Shown: positions 51,647-61,790, counted from the stretch's first letter. The stretch is 64,000 nt of DNA from a candidate division FCPU426 bacterium (GCA_963771075.1 CAVYSE010000005.1:38684-102683); one strand, 5' to 3'. Program-made: numbers and translations. The notes: generated by a model from the letters alone, not told the origin.

Positions 51647-51675
51647 TTGTCCACGATGGGGACCCATCGTGAACA
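51647..51675 (+). repeat. Cassette-boundary palindrome, copy 12
   Basis: TTGTCCACGATGGGGACCCATCGTGAACA. Confidence 0.9.
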
Positions 51676-51699
51676 AGGGAATTATGAGGTTTGTAATAA

Positions 51700-51867
51700 A
51701 TGAATAGGTTAAAAAAGATATTAAAGATTTGTGGTTATGCTATCGGCACCTTATTGGTTCTTTTCTGTCTTGCGCGGTTTTGTCTATTCGAATTCATAAA
51801 TGTCATAAACCCGAGAGTGATATTAGGGGAGATCGCCTCTCCGCAAAAGACTTATATATTCCGTTTT
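51700..51867 (+). pseudogene. Truncated cassette gene
   Basis: AT-rich ORF with an N-terminal TM that runs directly into the GC-rich 3' end of the convergent gene. Confidence 0.5.
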
Positions 51868-54800
51868 TTACCGGACGACGAGCAGTTTCATGACTTTGTG
51901 GGTTTCCCGACTGCCGGTTCGTAAGACGAGGTCCACGTAATAAAGCCCGTTGGCGAGGTTCAAGCCCGCTTGGTTCCATTGGAGGGTGTAGAGGTGCTGG
52001 CCCGGCGACATAGGCAACGTGGCATCCTCGTAAATTTTCCGGAAAGAAACGGTGAAAAGCTTGGCCTTCACCTGGTCCACCGGCTGGTCCAGGTTGTAAT
52101 AGAACCGTAAGGGTTGGTTATCTATCACCGGGTTAGGATAAAGAACGTCCACCGACGCGATGGTCGGCGTACCCGTGAGGGTCAGGGTGGGGGTTAAGCT
52201 CGGGGTGGGAGTGAGGGTAGGCGTCGGAGTGGGAGTCAGGGTGGGCGTTTGGGTGGAGGTGAGGGTAGGTGTCGGGGTGGGGGTGTCTGTCGGGGGGTTG
52301 GTGGGCACTAGGGTTTGGGTGGGGGTGAAGCTGGCCGTTCCCGTGGCCGTCCCCGTGGGGCTATAGGTGGGGGTGACGATCCCCGCGGTCGTATAAAACC
52401 CGATCTGGTCGACCTGAAAATTGAAGGCGCCCGTCCCCTGGGTGAAAATCCAGATTCCGGTGCAATCCGTTCCCTGGTATGTCACCGGCAAGCCGGTTTG
52501 GCCGCTCCAGCCCGTTTGGCGAAACATGGAGGTAAAGGGCACCTGGTAAAAAGTCCACTGTCCCGGGGCCGGAGTGATTTGGATGCCGTAATAGTTGTAG
52601 TCGGTGACGGCCTGGCTGGACACGGTCACCCGGTAGGTGCGTCCGTCGCCGTAAAACCAAAATTCCAGCCCGAGGACCCCGGAGCCGCTCAGGTTATAAG
52701 TCGGGGGGGCCACGCGGAACTCAGATTGCTGGTGTAGTTGACGTAGGAGGAATTGGGCGTGGTGCCGGCGCCGATAACCCCCGTGAGCTTGGCCGCGTAG
52801 TGGGTTCCGGCCGCGCCGGACGATACTCCGTATTGGACGGTGATGCCGCTGGTGGCATCCGTGTAAGTGGCCCAGGTTCCGCCCCACAGGTTGGCGCGGG
52901 CGGGGGGACTCCGTCCCGGCTCAAGTCCTCGAAGTCATCCACCAGGGTGACCGGCCCCTCGTTGGGCGTGCAGGTAGGCGAGTGGGTGGGCGTTGGGGTG
53001 ATGGTCGCCGTGAACCAGGTTCCCGTAGGCGTGGCCGTGAAGGTGGGGGTGGGCGTCGAAGTCAGGGTCGGCTGCCCCGAGTTGGTGAATCGCAGGACCG
53101 TGATGGAATAAGGCTGGAAGGTCACGGGGAAGGAGCCGGAAACGCCGGTCAAGGTCACGGCCGTGGGAGCGGTGTCCGGCGCGGCGTGGTAAGGCATTGC
53201 CCCGGTGTTCACCCATTGGTAGTTGGAGGAATCGAATGTCCAGCCGCTGGCGGTGCTGTTGGGCGTGAAAGGCAACCCGGTGATCCGGGTGTTATAGGCA
53301 TTCGCCGGGTCCTTGTTGACCACGGCCAGGGAGACGACGCCATCAGGCCGGTAATCCGAGTAGGCCGCGAACAAGGAAACGGGAACGCCGCCGACCGTTG
53401 TGGATAGGAGCTGGTGGTGGTTGGTATCGCCGGGAATGGCCCAATCGACGGCCATCATCCGCATGGCCCAATAGGAGGCATGGGGCTGGTACTGGTAGGC
53501 GCCGGAGGTACCGCACAGGTAACCCATATCCCCGCCCGCGGGGTTGGTGGCCGCGTCCTCGCCGAGCATGAACACGGCGTAATAGTTGGCGCTGCCCCGG
53601 GCGCCAAAATCGGTGATGAGATGGCCCAAGCTGTCCGCCACCCAAAGGCCGTCCAACAGCTGCACCTGGCCATTCGCGTCAAAGGCATCCTCATTAAATT
53701 GGCTCACGAAAACGGGAATCGTGGCCCCTCCCGCGACACCGCTTAGCCAGGAATTCAGGCTGGCCGGATAGGCGTCCAGGGTGGAGGTGCTGGCCAGGGC
53801 CTGGGACGCCGTGTAAGTTCCGTAATTGGGGAACCAATGAAAATCGATCCCGTTGATGTAGCTGTCATCCCCCTTGGCGTGGAGAAAACCGATGAAATCC
53901 TGGACGTAGCCCTTCCCGTCGTACATGTTGGAATTATCGAAGAAGCTCCCGGACACCGGGCCCAGGACGAGAATGGACGGATCCACCGCCTTCATGGCTT
54001 CGTAATACTCGATATAGCGGCGCACGAAGTCCTCGGCGGGCAGGGGCCCGCCCGGTTCCCATTGGCCCTCGGTCTCGTTGCCAATCTCCCAGTATTTAAT
54101 GTCATAACCCCGAACGATGTTGGCGTAATAAACCCAGGAGGCGGCCTCCTGGGCCGTGCCCGTTCCCAAATTCACCGCGACCATGGGAATGGCGTGGGGA
54201 CTGAAGGAATGGACGTATGTCATGTAGCGCTCGAAATCCAAGGGAGGGGTCCAACCCGTGTTAGGGCTGTTCCCCGGGTCGGTGCTGGAAACCTCGACCT
54301 GGGTTTGGCTGACGCCGGAGGAAGTGTTGACGGTCACTTGGGTGTCGGCGTCGTAAAGCATGACCTCCGCGATGGAATAGGCCCCACTGACCCCCGCCGA
54401 GCTGGCCGTCATGAGAATACGGTAATACCAGGATGAAACGGGGGGGAAGGTCACTCCCTGGGTTCCCGGCGTACCCGTGTAGGTGCCGATGGTCGCCCAA
54501 TGGGATTCGGATTGCCCGCTGTAAAGGGGAAACGAACCAGCCGAGGTCCAATTTTGGATTTGGAACGAAGCCGCGTAGGGCGTTCCCCAGGCGATCGTGA
54601 CGGCGTTGACCGTGACTTGACTGTTAAAATCCAGTTCGACCCATTGGTGGTTTGGAAAATCCGTGTCCACGTTGGAAAGCCAGGCGGTGGAGCTGTTCCC
54701 ATCCGTGATGTTGGAGGGGAACCCGAACTGGGTATCGGTGCCGCTGTAAGTCTCAAGGCAATCGAAACCGGGGGAATAGGTGGTCCCGCTGGGAATCCAG

Positions 54801-55102
54801 TAATGATGGGAGTCGTAGCTACCCGTGCCGTTCCAGTGATTGTAATCCGCGCCGGATCCGCCCGCGTAGCCCAGGAAGAAATTCCCCGCGCCCTGGACCA
54901 GGTTTTGGGTGTTCGTCACGTCGGTGGCGTTGTCATAATCCGCGATGTTATTTCCGAAGATGCTGATGGGGATAAAAGACGACACGGTGACGGCGGAGTT
55001 GATGGTGATCGTGGCCGGCAGGGCCTGGGCCATGGGAGGCATGAAGGCCGGGTAGGCCGCCGCGAAAGCCAGGAAGGTTAGGATCGGCTTTATGTTTTTC
55101 AG
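51868..55102 (-). CDS. Large secreted multidomain glycoside hydrolase: clan-A GH with F5/8-C insert, Thr-Pro linkers, CIA30/CBM11-like domain and C-terminal sorting-like domain (frameshift near 52880)
   Basis: YWEIGNE motif, discoidin-like WVELDF segment, TPTP linkers, VLYPNP...LANGLYYV tail. Split over ORFs 52721-55042 and 51868-52887. The signal peptide extends to about 55102. Confidence 0.75.
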
Positions 55103-55403
55103 GTGGGACCATCCCTTTTGGCCAACACGGCGTTAAAAGGGCGCGAAAACGCTTTTTCCCGCGGCATCCTTCATAATTATTAGATGCCGATTTTCGCGAA
55201 AGTGTCGCCGGAGAAGGGCTGTTTTCAAGGAATGGCGGGTTTCTTGGCCCAAGTCGGGGTTGGAGCCGTACAAATAACCGGGAAAATAAACAAGATGGGA
55301 TAAAAACCGAAGATTGTTATGAGGGTGTGAAATTTTCCTGCATATGGTTCTCGTTAAAAGGATGGTGTGCAACCACGTACAACCAGCTCAACCAGAATTC
55401 CCC

Positions 55404-55474
55404 GGGCCTGGCCCCTTTGACTCTTTGAGCCCCTACGTCCCTGTGAAAAGTTTTAAATGTTGGCCCCTTTGACT
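55404..55474. repeat. Remnant of RAYT-derived element ends
   Basis: GGCCTGGCCCCT plus TTTGAGCCCCTACGTCCCTGTGAAAAGTTTTAAATGTTGGCC, nearly identical to 59338-59379. Confidence 0.6.
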
Positions 55475-55682
55475 CCAGTTCTCGACCCTACGGGACCCAA
55501 CATGGACAACAAAAAACAGATCAAGGGGAATAGACCTCTTGGTTTTGCGCGAATAGGTATTACAGGTATTATAATTTTTTCACCTGTTTCTATTGCCTTT
55601 GCAAGCCCCCATACTCTCCCGGCTAAACCTTGTCGAAAGATTTTGTTGGATCGAAGGTTTTAAATAGAAAAAAGGTCATGCC

Positions 55683-56348
55683 ATGAAACGCCGCCCCTTC
55701 GGTTTATTTTCCAACGATAAAATTTCATCGCTTTTAGCGGTTAGTTTCTGGCTGGTGTTGCTCCCCCATGGGGTCTTCGCCCAATCCAACGCGGATTGGC
55801 AGCAGATCAAGCGCAATTGCGGGCTTGATCCCGGCCTCGCTTACAACACCTGGGTCGCGCAAGGCATGCCTTGCAACAACGGCGGCGGCGCTCAAGCCCA
55901 GCCGGTCGGCCCCTCCCCGGAACAAATTCGCCAAAACCAGCTTATCGCGGACGCGAGGGCTCTCAACCAAAAGGGCTTGGATGCCTTCGAAAGCAACGAC
56001 TACGACGCCGCGCTCGGTTTTTTTCAACAGGCCTTGGATAAAACGCCCAACGATACGGGGATTCAGCAAAACCTCCAAAACGCCCAGAATAAAATCGACG
56101 AAAGGAATAAGTTCAATCAAAACAAGCAGGATGCCCTCAATGATCTCAAGGACCCTTCCGGCGCGAATGGCGGGAATTCGGACACCGGCTTGAAAGACGC
56201 GGTGTCGGATCAAGGCGACTCCTCGGCGGACGGTCAAGGCCTCAAGGACATCCATGTTGATGCGGTCAAACAGGCGGACCAAGTCCATCAAGATCCCGAT
56301 GCGTTTAGAACAACGGGGTCAGGTCTTCATTTTATAATAACTTTGTGA
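55683..56348 (+). CDS. Secreted TPR-containing protein, probably truncated by the RAYT element
   Basis: Signal peptide and TPR (NQKGLDAFESNDYDAALGFFQQALDKTPND). The C-terminus reads into the GGGGTCAGGTCT end. Confidence 0.65.
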   Translation: MKRRPFGLFSNDKISSLLAVSFWLVLLPHGVFAQSNADWQQIKRNCGLDPGLAYNTWVAQGMPCNNGGGAQAQPVGPSPEQIRQNQLIADARALNQKGLDAFESNDYDAALGFFQQALDKTPNDTGIQQNLQNAQNKIDERNKFNQNKQDALNDLKDPSGANGGNSDTGLKDAVSDQGDSSADGQGLKDIHVDAVKQADQVHQDPDAFRTTGSGLHFIITL

Positions 56349-56946
56349 TAAGATCCGCAAATGGCTAGACCGTTAAGAGTGCATTATGAAGGCGCTGTTT
56401 ATCACGTTACCTCGCGGGGGAACGAGCGGAAAAACATTGTCCGGTCGGATAAGGACCGGGAATTGTTTTTGTGGGTATTGGCCCAAGTCGTGGAGGATCA
56501 TCATGTGATGTGCCATGCCTGGGTATTGATGGATAATCATTACCACTTGTTGGTGGAGACGCCGGAAGCCAACTTGTCACGGGCCATACGGCACCTGAAT
56601 GGTGTTTATACCCAGAAATTCAATCGGCGGAATAACCGCAGAAAAAGGGGCCAGGCCTACATATTACACTTTACGTGAAACGCGTCTATCTTGAGGAGGG
56701 TCGGGAAGGTGTATGGGGAAAAGCCGGAGGAGGTATTGAGGGCGGGGCGCAGGAAAAGCGTGGCGCGGGCGGTGGCGATTTACCTGCTCAAGAAGGAATC
56801 GGGTTTGAGCCTGGGGGAAATCGGAAAAAGGATGGAGGTCGGTTTTTCGGCGGTGGGGAACCAATGGTCGAAGATCAAAAAAAGCTGTCCGAGGACCCTG
56901 AATTTGGCCGGATGGTTCTAAAGTGTAAAATGTAGGCCTGGCCCCT
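56315..56946 (+). mobile_element. Internally deleted RAYT (REP-associated HUH/Y1 transposase) element
   Basis: Left end GGGGTCAGGTCT (56315) and right end AGGCCTGGCCCCT (to 56946). An internal inverted copy of the right end lies at 56646-56671. Confidence 0.75.
56361..56921 (+). pseudogene. RAYT transposase fragments (HUH N-terminus plus DnaA-C-like HTH tail)
   Basis: MARPLR...YHVTSRGNER...LMDNHYHLLVETP, then ARAVAIYLLKKESGLSLGEIG. The catalytic Tyr region is missing. Confidence 0.85.
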
Positions 56947-57161
56947 ATGTTACACGGAACCCGTCACCACCCAAAAACCCGCGGGGCTCGTGATTGACCT
57001 CTCCCGTGAGCCGGAGTCGAAGGGGCTTGTGACCGGGGTGAGGGAAATGGTTTTTCCGGGGAAAAAGGGTAACCCGTAAAACAATTTTTTAAGCACTTCA
57101 AGAAAAGATCCAATTACAAAGAAATAATTTTTATGCTCTTGCCTGCTCATGGCGGCGGCTC

Positions 57162-57320
57162 CGAAAACGACCCCTTCAACCCGCCCCGCAGGGCGGTACG
57201 GCTGGTCGCGCCGTGAGGGAAGCGGTTGTTTTAGCGGCCAAACTAGGGTGACCACTAAATCGGGGGAAGTCCACACGACTAAAGGGGTAAAATAGCCGTT
57301 ATCGGGTTGTCTACGATGGG
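57162..57320 (+). repeat. ~160-bp structured non-coding segment, copy A
   Basis: Near-identical to 59392-59550 and runs into a cassette-boundary palindrome. Confidence 0.85.
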
Positions 57321-57335
57321 GACCCGAAGTGGACA
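57307..57335 (+). repeat. Cassette-boundary palindrome, copy 13
   Basis: TTGTCTACGATGGGGACCCGAAGTGGACA. Confidence 0.85.
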
Positions 57336-57458
57336 ATCCACTAAGTGAACAAAAGGCCAAAATCCTTTCTTTCCTTCAATATTGAAACGACCTCCCTTTA
57401 AAGAATTATTTCCAAAAAAAGACTTGCAAAACATTACACCATAAGGTGCAATATAGGC

Positions 57459-57788
57459 ATGGATCACCTGACGGATGTTCTGGCAGCCCTTTCCCACCCC
57501 ACCCGGCGGACAATCCTCCAGCAGCTCGCCAAGGGGCCGGCCCGTTTTTTGGATGTGGCCAAGCCCTTTGACACGGCGCTGAATTCGGTGACAAAACACC
57601 TGAAACTCCTGGAAAGGGCCGGGCTCATCGAGCGCCGGAAACAGGGCAGGGAAGTGTTCATCTCGTTACGGGCGGAGCCCCTTCGGGAGGTGGCGGGCTG
57701 GGTGGATGGGTACGAGCGGTTCTGGAACGAGCGCCTGGACCGGTTCGAGAAGCATTTTAAGGATAAGAAAAAGGGGAGGAAGCGATGA
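57459..57788 (+). CDS. ArsR/SmtB-family regulator
   Basis: ALSHPTRRTIL...KHLKLLERAGLI...GRE. Confidence 0.92.
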   Translation: MDHLTDVLAALSHPTRRTILQQLAKGPARFLDVAKPFDTALNSVTKHLKLLERAGLIERRKQGREVFISLRAEPLREVAGWVDGYERFWNERLDRFEKHFKDKKKGRKR

Positions 57789-58249
57789 AAAATACAGCGA
57801 AGACTCTGGAGCTTAAATTTGAGCGAGTGATCCCGGCGCCTCCGGGCGAGGTGTTCGACGGGTGGCTGGATCCCAAAACTCCGGGCACGCCCTGGAACGA
57901 GAATGACAAGTTGATCTTGAATCCTAAGGTCGACGGGTTCTTTTACTGGCTCATCCACGGGACCTCCCATTACGGGCGTTTCACGAAAATCGAGCGGCCG
58001 GGTCGCGTCCAGCACACCTGGATGTCCCGGTACACCTCCGGGGAAGAATCGACGGTCACGGTGACCTTCAAGAAAAAGGGAAAAGACACCTTGATGACGC
58101 TTTTACATTCCGGACTGCCCGACAACGAGAAGTCAAAAGCCCACAAGGACGGCTGGAATTATTTCCTCGATAAATTGGTGAAAACTTTTTCCGGCGGTTC
58201 GCCGGAAGGCGTTCAGGAACCTAAGGGGTGGCGAGGCCGGAAGAAATAA
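57785..58249 (+). CDS. SRPBCC/AHSA1 domain protein
   Basis: RVIPAPPGEVFDGWLDP...HKDGWNYFLDKL. Confidence 0.85.
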   Translation: MKNTAKTLELKFERVIPAPPGEVFDGWLDPKTPGTPWNENDKLILNPKVDGFFYWLIHGTSHYGRFTKIERPGRVQHTWMSRYTSGEESTVTVTFKKKGKDTLMTLLHSGLPDNEKSKAHKDGWNYFLDKLVKTFSGGSPEGVQEPKGWRGRKK

Positions 58250-58285
58250 GGCGCCGGGGCTTAAAACGACAAGGGGAGGAAAACC

Positions 58286-58762
58286 ATGGCTACATCGACC
58301 TTTGCCTACGTGACCTATATCCGCGTCACGCCGGAAAAGCTGTGGGCGGCGCTGACCGACCCGGAAACCATGAGGCAATACTGGTTCGGCGCCCGGTGCG
58401 AAAGCCGGTTTACGGCGGGGGCCCCCTGGAAGCTGGTGTATCCGGACGGCCGCGCCACCGACGCCGGCGAGATCGCCGAGGCCGAGCCGCCGCGCAGGCT
58501 GGCGATCCGCTGGCGGCACCTGGACAAGATGGAGTTCAAGGCCGAGGGCGAGTCGCTTTGCGTGATGGAGCTGGAAGGGGGCGGCGGGGCGGTCCGGCTC
58601 ACGGTCACCCACAGCCTGGAGCGCGAAAACTCAAAATTCATCGCGGCGGTTTCCGCCGCCTGGCCGATGGTCCTCTCGAACCTGAAGTCCCTACTGGAGA
58701 CCGGCTCCATCGTTCTGCTCAGTCCCTTTCCTGTGGGGAACGATCCCCTGAAAATCAGTTAA
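58286..58762 (+). CDS. SRPBCC/AHSA1 domain protein
   Basis: YVTYIRVTPEKLWAALTDP...WPMVLSNLKSLLETG. Confidence 0.88.
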   Translation: MATSTFAYVTYIRVTPEKLWAALTDPETMRQYWFGARCESRFTAGAPWKLVYPDGRATDAGEIAEAEPPRRLAIRWRHLDKMEFKAEGESLCVMELEGGGGAVRLTVTHSLERENSKFIAAVSAAWPMVLSNLKSLLETGSIVLLSPFPVGNDPLKIS

Positions 58763-58869
58763 CAGCTCTCAGCTCGTAGTCGACGGTTGACAGTCCGTAG
58801 GTTCAGCCTTAAGACAAACTGCCAACTGCCGACTGTCGACCGTGGACTGCCTATTGTGGCCTACTGTTT

Positions 58870-59225
58870 TTAGAAAGGACTCAGCACGAGCCTCCCATAG
58901 GCCACGAACAAGGCCAAAAGGGCGGGCAACCCAGCCCAGAGAATGCCCGGAAACTTGACACCGGTCATCATGGAGACCAACACCGTTTCAACGGCCACGC
59001 CGACAGCCGCAATGGGTGTTAGTTTGGGCAAGACCTTCATCGCGCCAGGCAAGACCAGACCCAACGCGAACAGGGCCTGGAGCAGGCCCAGGGCCACCCA
59101 GGCGGGCTTGGGCATCAATTTCAACCAGACGGGTGGGACCTTGGATACCATCCAGCTCCCGCCCATTAAATAGTACAAACCCAGCAATATTTGAAGAACC
59201 CATAGGGGCCAGGGCAAAAAACAAA
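58870..59225 (-). CDS. DoxX-like membrane protein with its 5' end disrupted by a MITE
   Basis: LWVLQILLGL...GLVLP...LTPIAAVG...FVAYGR. Confidence 0.65.
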
Positions 59226-59385
59226 GGGCCAGGCCAACATTTAACACTTTGCGATCCTTCGAGTGAGTTCTTTTCCTCTCCCATCCTTTTTTTCATTACC
59301 AGCCATCGATTTCCCACCGCGCTGGCCCCAATCCCCATTTGAGCTCCTACGTCCCTGTGAAAAGTGTTAAATGTTGGCCTGGCCC
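59226..59385. mobile_element. RAYT-derived miniature element with perfect 25-bp terminal IRs
   Basis: GGGCCAGGCCAACATTTAACACTTT / AAAGTGTTAAATGTTGGCCTGGCCC. The interior (- strand) encodes MGIGASAVGNRW, resembling the RAYT tail MEVGFSAVGNQW. Confidence 0.75.
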
Positions 59386-59391
59386 CTGATA

Positions 59392-59550
59392 CGAAAACGA
59401 CCCCTTCAACCCGCCCCGCAGGGCGGTACGGCTGGTCGCGCCGTGAGGGAAGCGGTTGTTTTAGCGGCCAAACTAGGGTGACCACTAAATCGGGGAAGTC
59501 CACATGACCAAAGGGGGTAAAATAGCCGTTATCGGGTTGTCTACGATGGG
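59392..59550 (+). repeat. ~160-bp structured non-coding segment, copy B
   Basis: Near-identical to 57162-57320. Confidence 0.85.
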
Positions 59551-59602
59551 CCATGTAGCTAAGCGCAAGCGCATGCTACATGGCGGGGATCCATCGTGGA
59601 TA
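59537..59602 (+). repeat. Cassette-boundary palindrome, copy 14, with a 37-bp insert
   Basis: TTGTCTACGATGGG[CCATGTAGCTAAGCGCAAGCGCATGCTACATGGCGGG]GATCCATCGTGGATA. Confidence 0.85.
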
Positions 59603-59627
59603 GGGCAAATGTGCAATTAATTGAATG

Positions 59628-61040
59628 CACTGCTATCCTAAACAACTCAATCTGACCGCTGCCCCCCAAGAAAAACAAGCGATTTTGGACAGGTTTGTGA
59701 ATTTCCAGGGATAAGCCCCCCCCTTTCGTCCGGATGCTGTCCAAATCACGAGGGTATTAATTCCATCTGTTTTTCCGCCGGTTCCAATCTCGCCACCAGG
59801 AATGGTGCATCCAACCAAGCCCACAAATCGCGGTAGGTCAATAGATTCATCCGCAGCATGGCCGCCAAGTGGGACAGGCTCCAGGCGATATGGCTCTTCA
59901 GTTGAAGGAATTTCAACAGCAGCATGGCAATCAATGCTGTCCAAATCTGCGTCTGAACAGCATTCTCAGTGGTCCCTACGAAAGTCTTCACCCGTAAGTT
60001 CTGCTTGAGAGCCTTGAAGAACAACTCGATCTGCCAACGTTCCTTGTAGATGGCCGCCACCGTCGAGGCAGCAAAACCCATGTGGTTGGTAAGGAATACG
60101 AGTTCCCGCTTCTGGTCTTCGTCCCATACCACCACTCGTCGCATCTCTTTCGGGTAGGCTTCCTGTGACCGAAACGTTGTTAACCGTATCACTTGGTCCT
60201 TCAGGACGTTGCCCGTTTTCGGAACCGGCAGGTTCTTCACCACCTCGTAGGCCATGTTGATCTTGGCACGGGTCACCCACCACACGCCTTGGAACGTCCA
60301 TCGGGCCAGAAGAAAGAAATCCACATATCCCCGATCCATCACTACGATTGAATCCACCGGAAAATCCAGCTTTTGAGCCACTTTCACGTCATGCACGCCT
60401 CCCTCCGTTACGAGTCCCCAGCAGGGCAAGTATCCCTGATGATCCAGCAAGAGATGGAGTTTGATGGCCCCTTTGGTCCTACGGAACTTTGCCCAGTCGA
60501 AGACTGACAAACAAAGATCAATGGTGCTGGAGTCCAGGCTGTAGAGGGGATTCTTGAACTTGAATTTCCTCTTCGAGATGGCCGCCTGTAGCTGACACTT
60601 CGATAGCAGATGGTAGAAAAGACTTTGCTGAACCTGCCAAGGACGGTTGGCGTTAGCGTAAGCCAAGGTGGATTTAGTGGGTGCTTCGCAAAGACCCAAA
60701 TGGGTCAATTTCCCAAGGGCCGTGTGGAGGCCACCACAGATTTCCCTCAAGGAATGGGCGGCTCCCATCTGGCAGAAAAGCATGGAAACAAACTGATTCC
60801 AGCAACTGAACCCCTTGGCGTGTTTTTCGGCTTCAAACTCCCGCACAATTCGTTCAAAAGCCGTGCGATCCACAATTTTCAACACTTGGGCAAAAAGACT
60901 GGTTGGTGGTACCATCGAAATACGCCTCCGGATGTTTGAAGTAGCGACGGCTGGTAACCGTCGCTTTGGGCTTGTCGACTAACCCAATTCTACTTCAGTC
61001 GGAGGTGTCTTTTTTTAGTCCTTTATTTAGGACAAGAGTG
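59628..61040 (-). mobile_element. IS4-family insertion sequence
   Basis: IRs CACTGCTATCCTAAA / TTTAGGACAAGAGTG and a 9-bp TSD AATTGAATG (59619-59627, 61041-61049). Confidence 0.92.
59746..60915 (-). CDS. IS4-family DDE transposase (DUF4372 N-terminus)
   Basis: LDSSTIDL, VMDRGY, YKERWQIELFFKALKQ. Confidence 0.95.
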   Translation of the reverse strand: MVPPTSLFAQVLKIVDRTAFERIVREFEAEKHAKGFSCWNQFVSMLFCQMGAAHSLREICGGLHTALGKLTHLGLCEAPTKSTLAYANANRPWQVQQSLFYHLLSKCQLQAAISKRKFKFKNPLYSLDSSTIDLCLSVFDWAKFRRTKGAIKLHLLLDHQGYLPCWGLVTEGGVHDVKVAQKLDFPVDSIVVMDRGYVDFFLLARWTFQGVWWVTRAKINMAYEVVKNLPVPKTGNVLKDQVIRLTTFRSQEAYPKEMRRVVVWDEDQKRELVFLTNHMGFAASTVAAIYKERWQIELFFKALKQNLRVKTFVGTTENAVQTQIWTALIAMLLLKFLQLKSHIAWSLSHLAAMLRMNLLTYRDLWAWLDAPFLVARLEPAEKQMELIPS

Positions 61041-61046
61041 AATTGA

Positions 61047-61700
61047 ATGTATTTTTTGAAAAGGGAAAAAATGAATTATTTTAATTACCAGATGATGCTT
61101 CCATTAACGTTCGGACTGGTCGCGAGTACCTTTCTCTATATCGGCTTAAGGGGTTTGGTGAAACGAAAGCCGTTTTTAATGCCTTCCAGGTGGATTATCT
61201 TCATGATGATCCCGATTTTGCTTCCTGGTTTCAGCCTGCCTTTTATGGTGCATCAAAATCCTGGCTTTGATCTGATAACCTGGGCCGATCCCCTCCTGCT
61301 TATCCTGATCTTCACCCTTTACTGGAAGATCACAAAAGGATATTCGGTGTATGGCGCGAACGCCGAAACGATCCGTAAATCGCTCCTGGCTGCGGTCAAC
61401 GAGTTAAACCTGCAATACACCGAAAACATGACGGGTATCTATTTGCCCGCCCACGACATTACCTTGACGGCATCGGTGGCAATGTCGATTGGGAAAATTA
61501 GTGTAAAAGGGAAAGATACGGGAGGGTTATTGAAAAGGGTGGCTGTGATCATGAAAAAGGAATTCGCGAATTCCGACTTCGAATGCGACCTGAAGCCTTT
61601 TTTGTTTTTTTTGGCCATTGGCGTGATGATCTTGATCACAGCCTGTAAGGAGGTTTCGTTATTGCAAGAGATCGGAACGCACTACACCCCAAACCCATAA
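61047..61700 (+). CDS. Hypothetical membrane protein (cassette)
   Basis: Four hydrophobic segments. The start may be a later ATG near 61070. Confidence 0.6.
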   Translation: MYFLKREKMNYFNYQMMLPLTFGLVASTFLYIGLRGLVKRKPFLMPSRWIIFMMIPILLPGFSLPFMVHQNPGFDLITWADPLLLILIFTLYWKITKGYSVYGANAETIRKSLLAAVNELNLQYTENMTGIYLPAHDITLTASVAMSIGKISVKGKDTGGLLKRVAVIMKKEFANSDFECDLKPFLFFLAIGVMILITACKEVSLLQEIGTHYTPNP

Positions 61701-61740
61701 TAGGCCCCATTCTGCAGGGGCTTCTGGGCACGCTACGGAT

Positions 61741-61768
61741 TTTCCACTGCGGGTCCCCGTCGTGGGAA
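61741..61768 (-). repeat. Cassette-boundary palindrome, copy 15 (inverted, degenerate)
   Basis: Reverse complement reads TTCCCACGACGGGGACCCGCAGTGGAAA. Confidence 0.65.
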
Positions 61769-61790
61769 GGCAAAATCAGAAAGAACAAGA

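Noticed and set aside
27048-52887. Programmed frameshifting in tlpA (~27215), thrC2 (~29735) and the large hydrolase (~52880)
   Set aside because: Several unrelated genes show single-base shifts at short homopolymers with no shared slippery motif. Indel errors are the simpler explanation, and raw reads would settle it.
52160-53070. GGGGTG-rich tandem repeats
   Set aside because: They encode Thr-Pro linkers of the - strand hydrolase.
58763-58852. Short heptamer-like repeats (AACTGCC, GACTGTC) between convergent genes
   Set aside because: Short and degenerate. Possibly a terminator or repeat remnant, with no supportable call.
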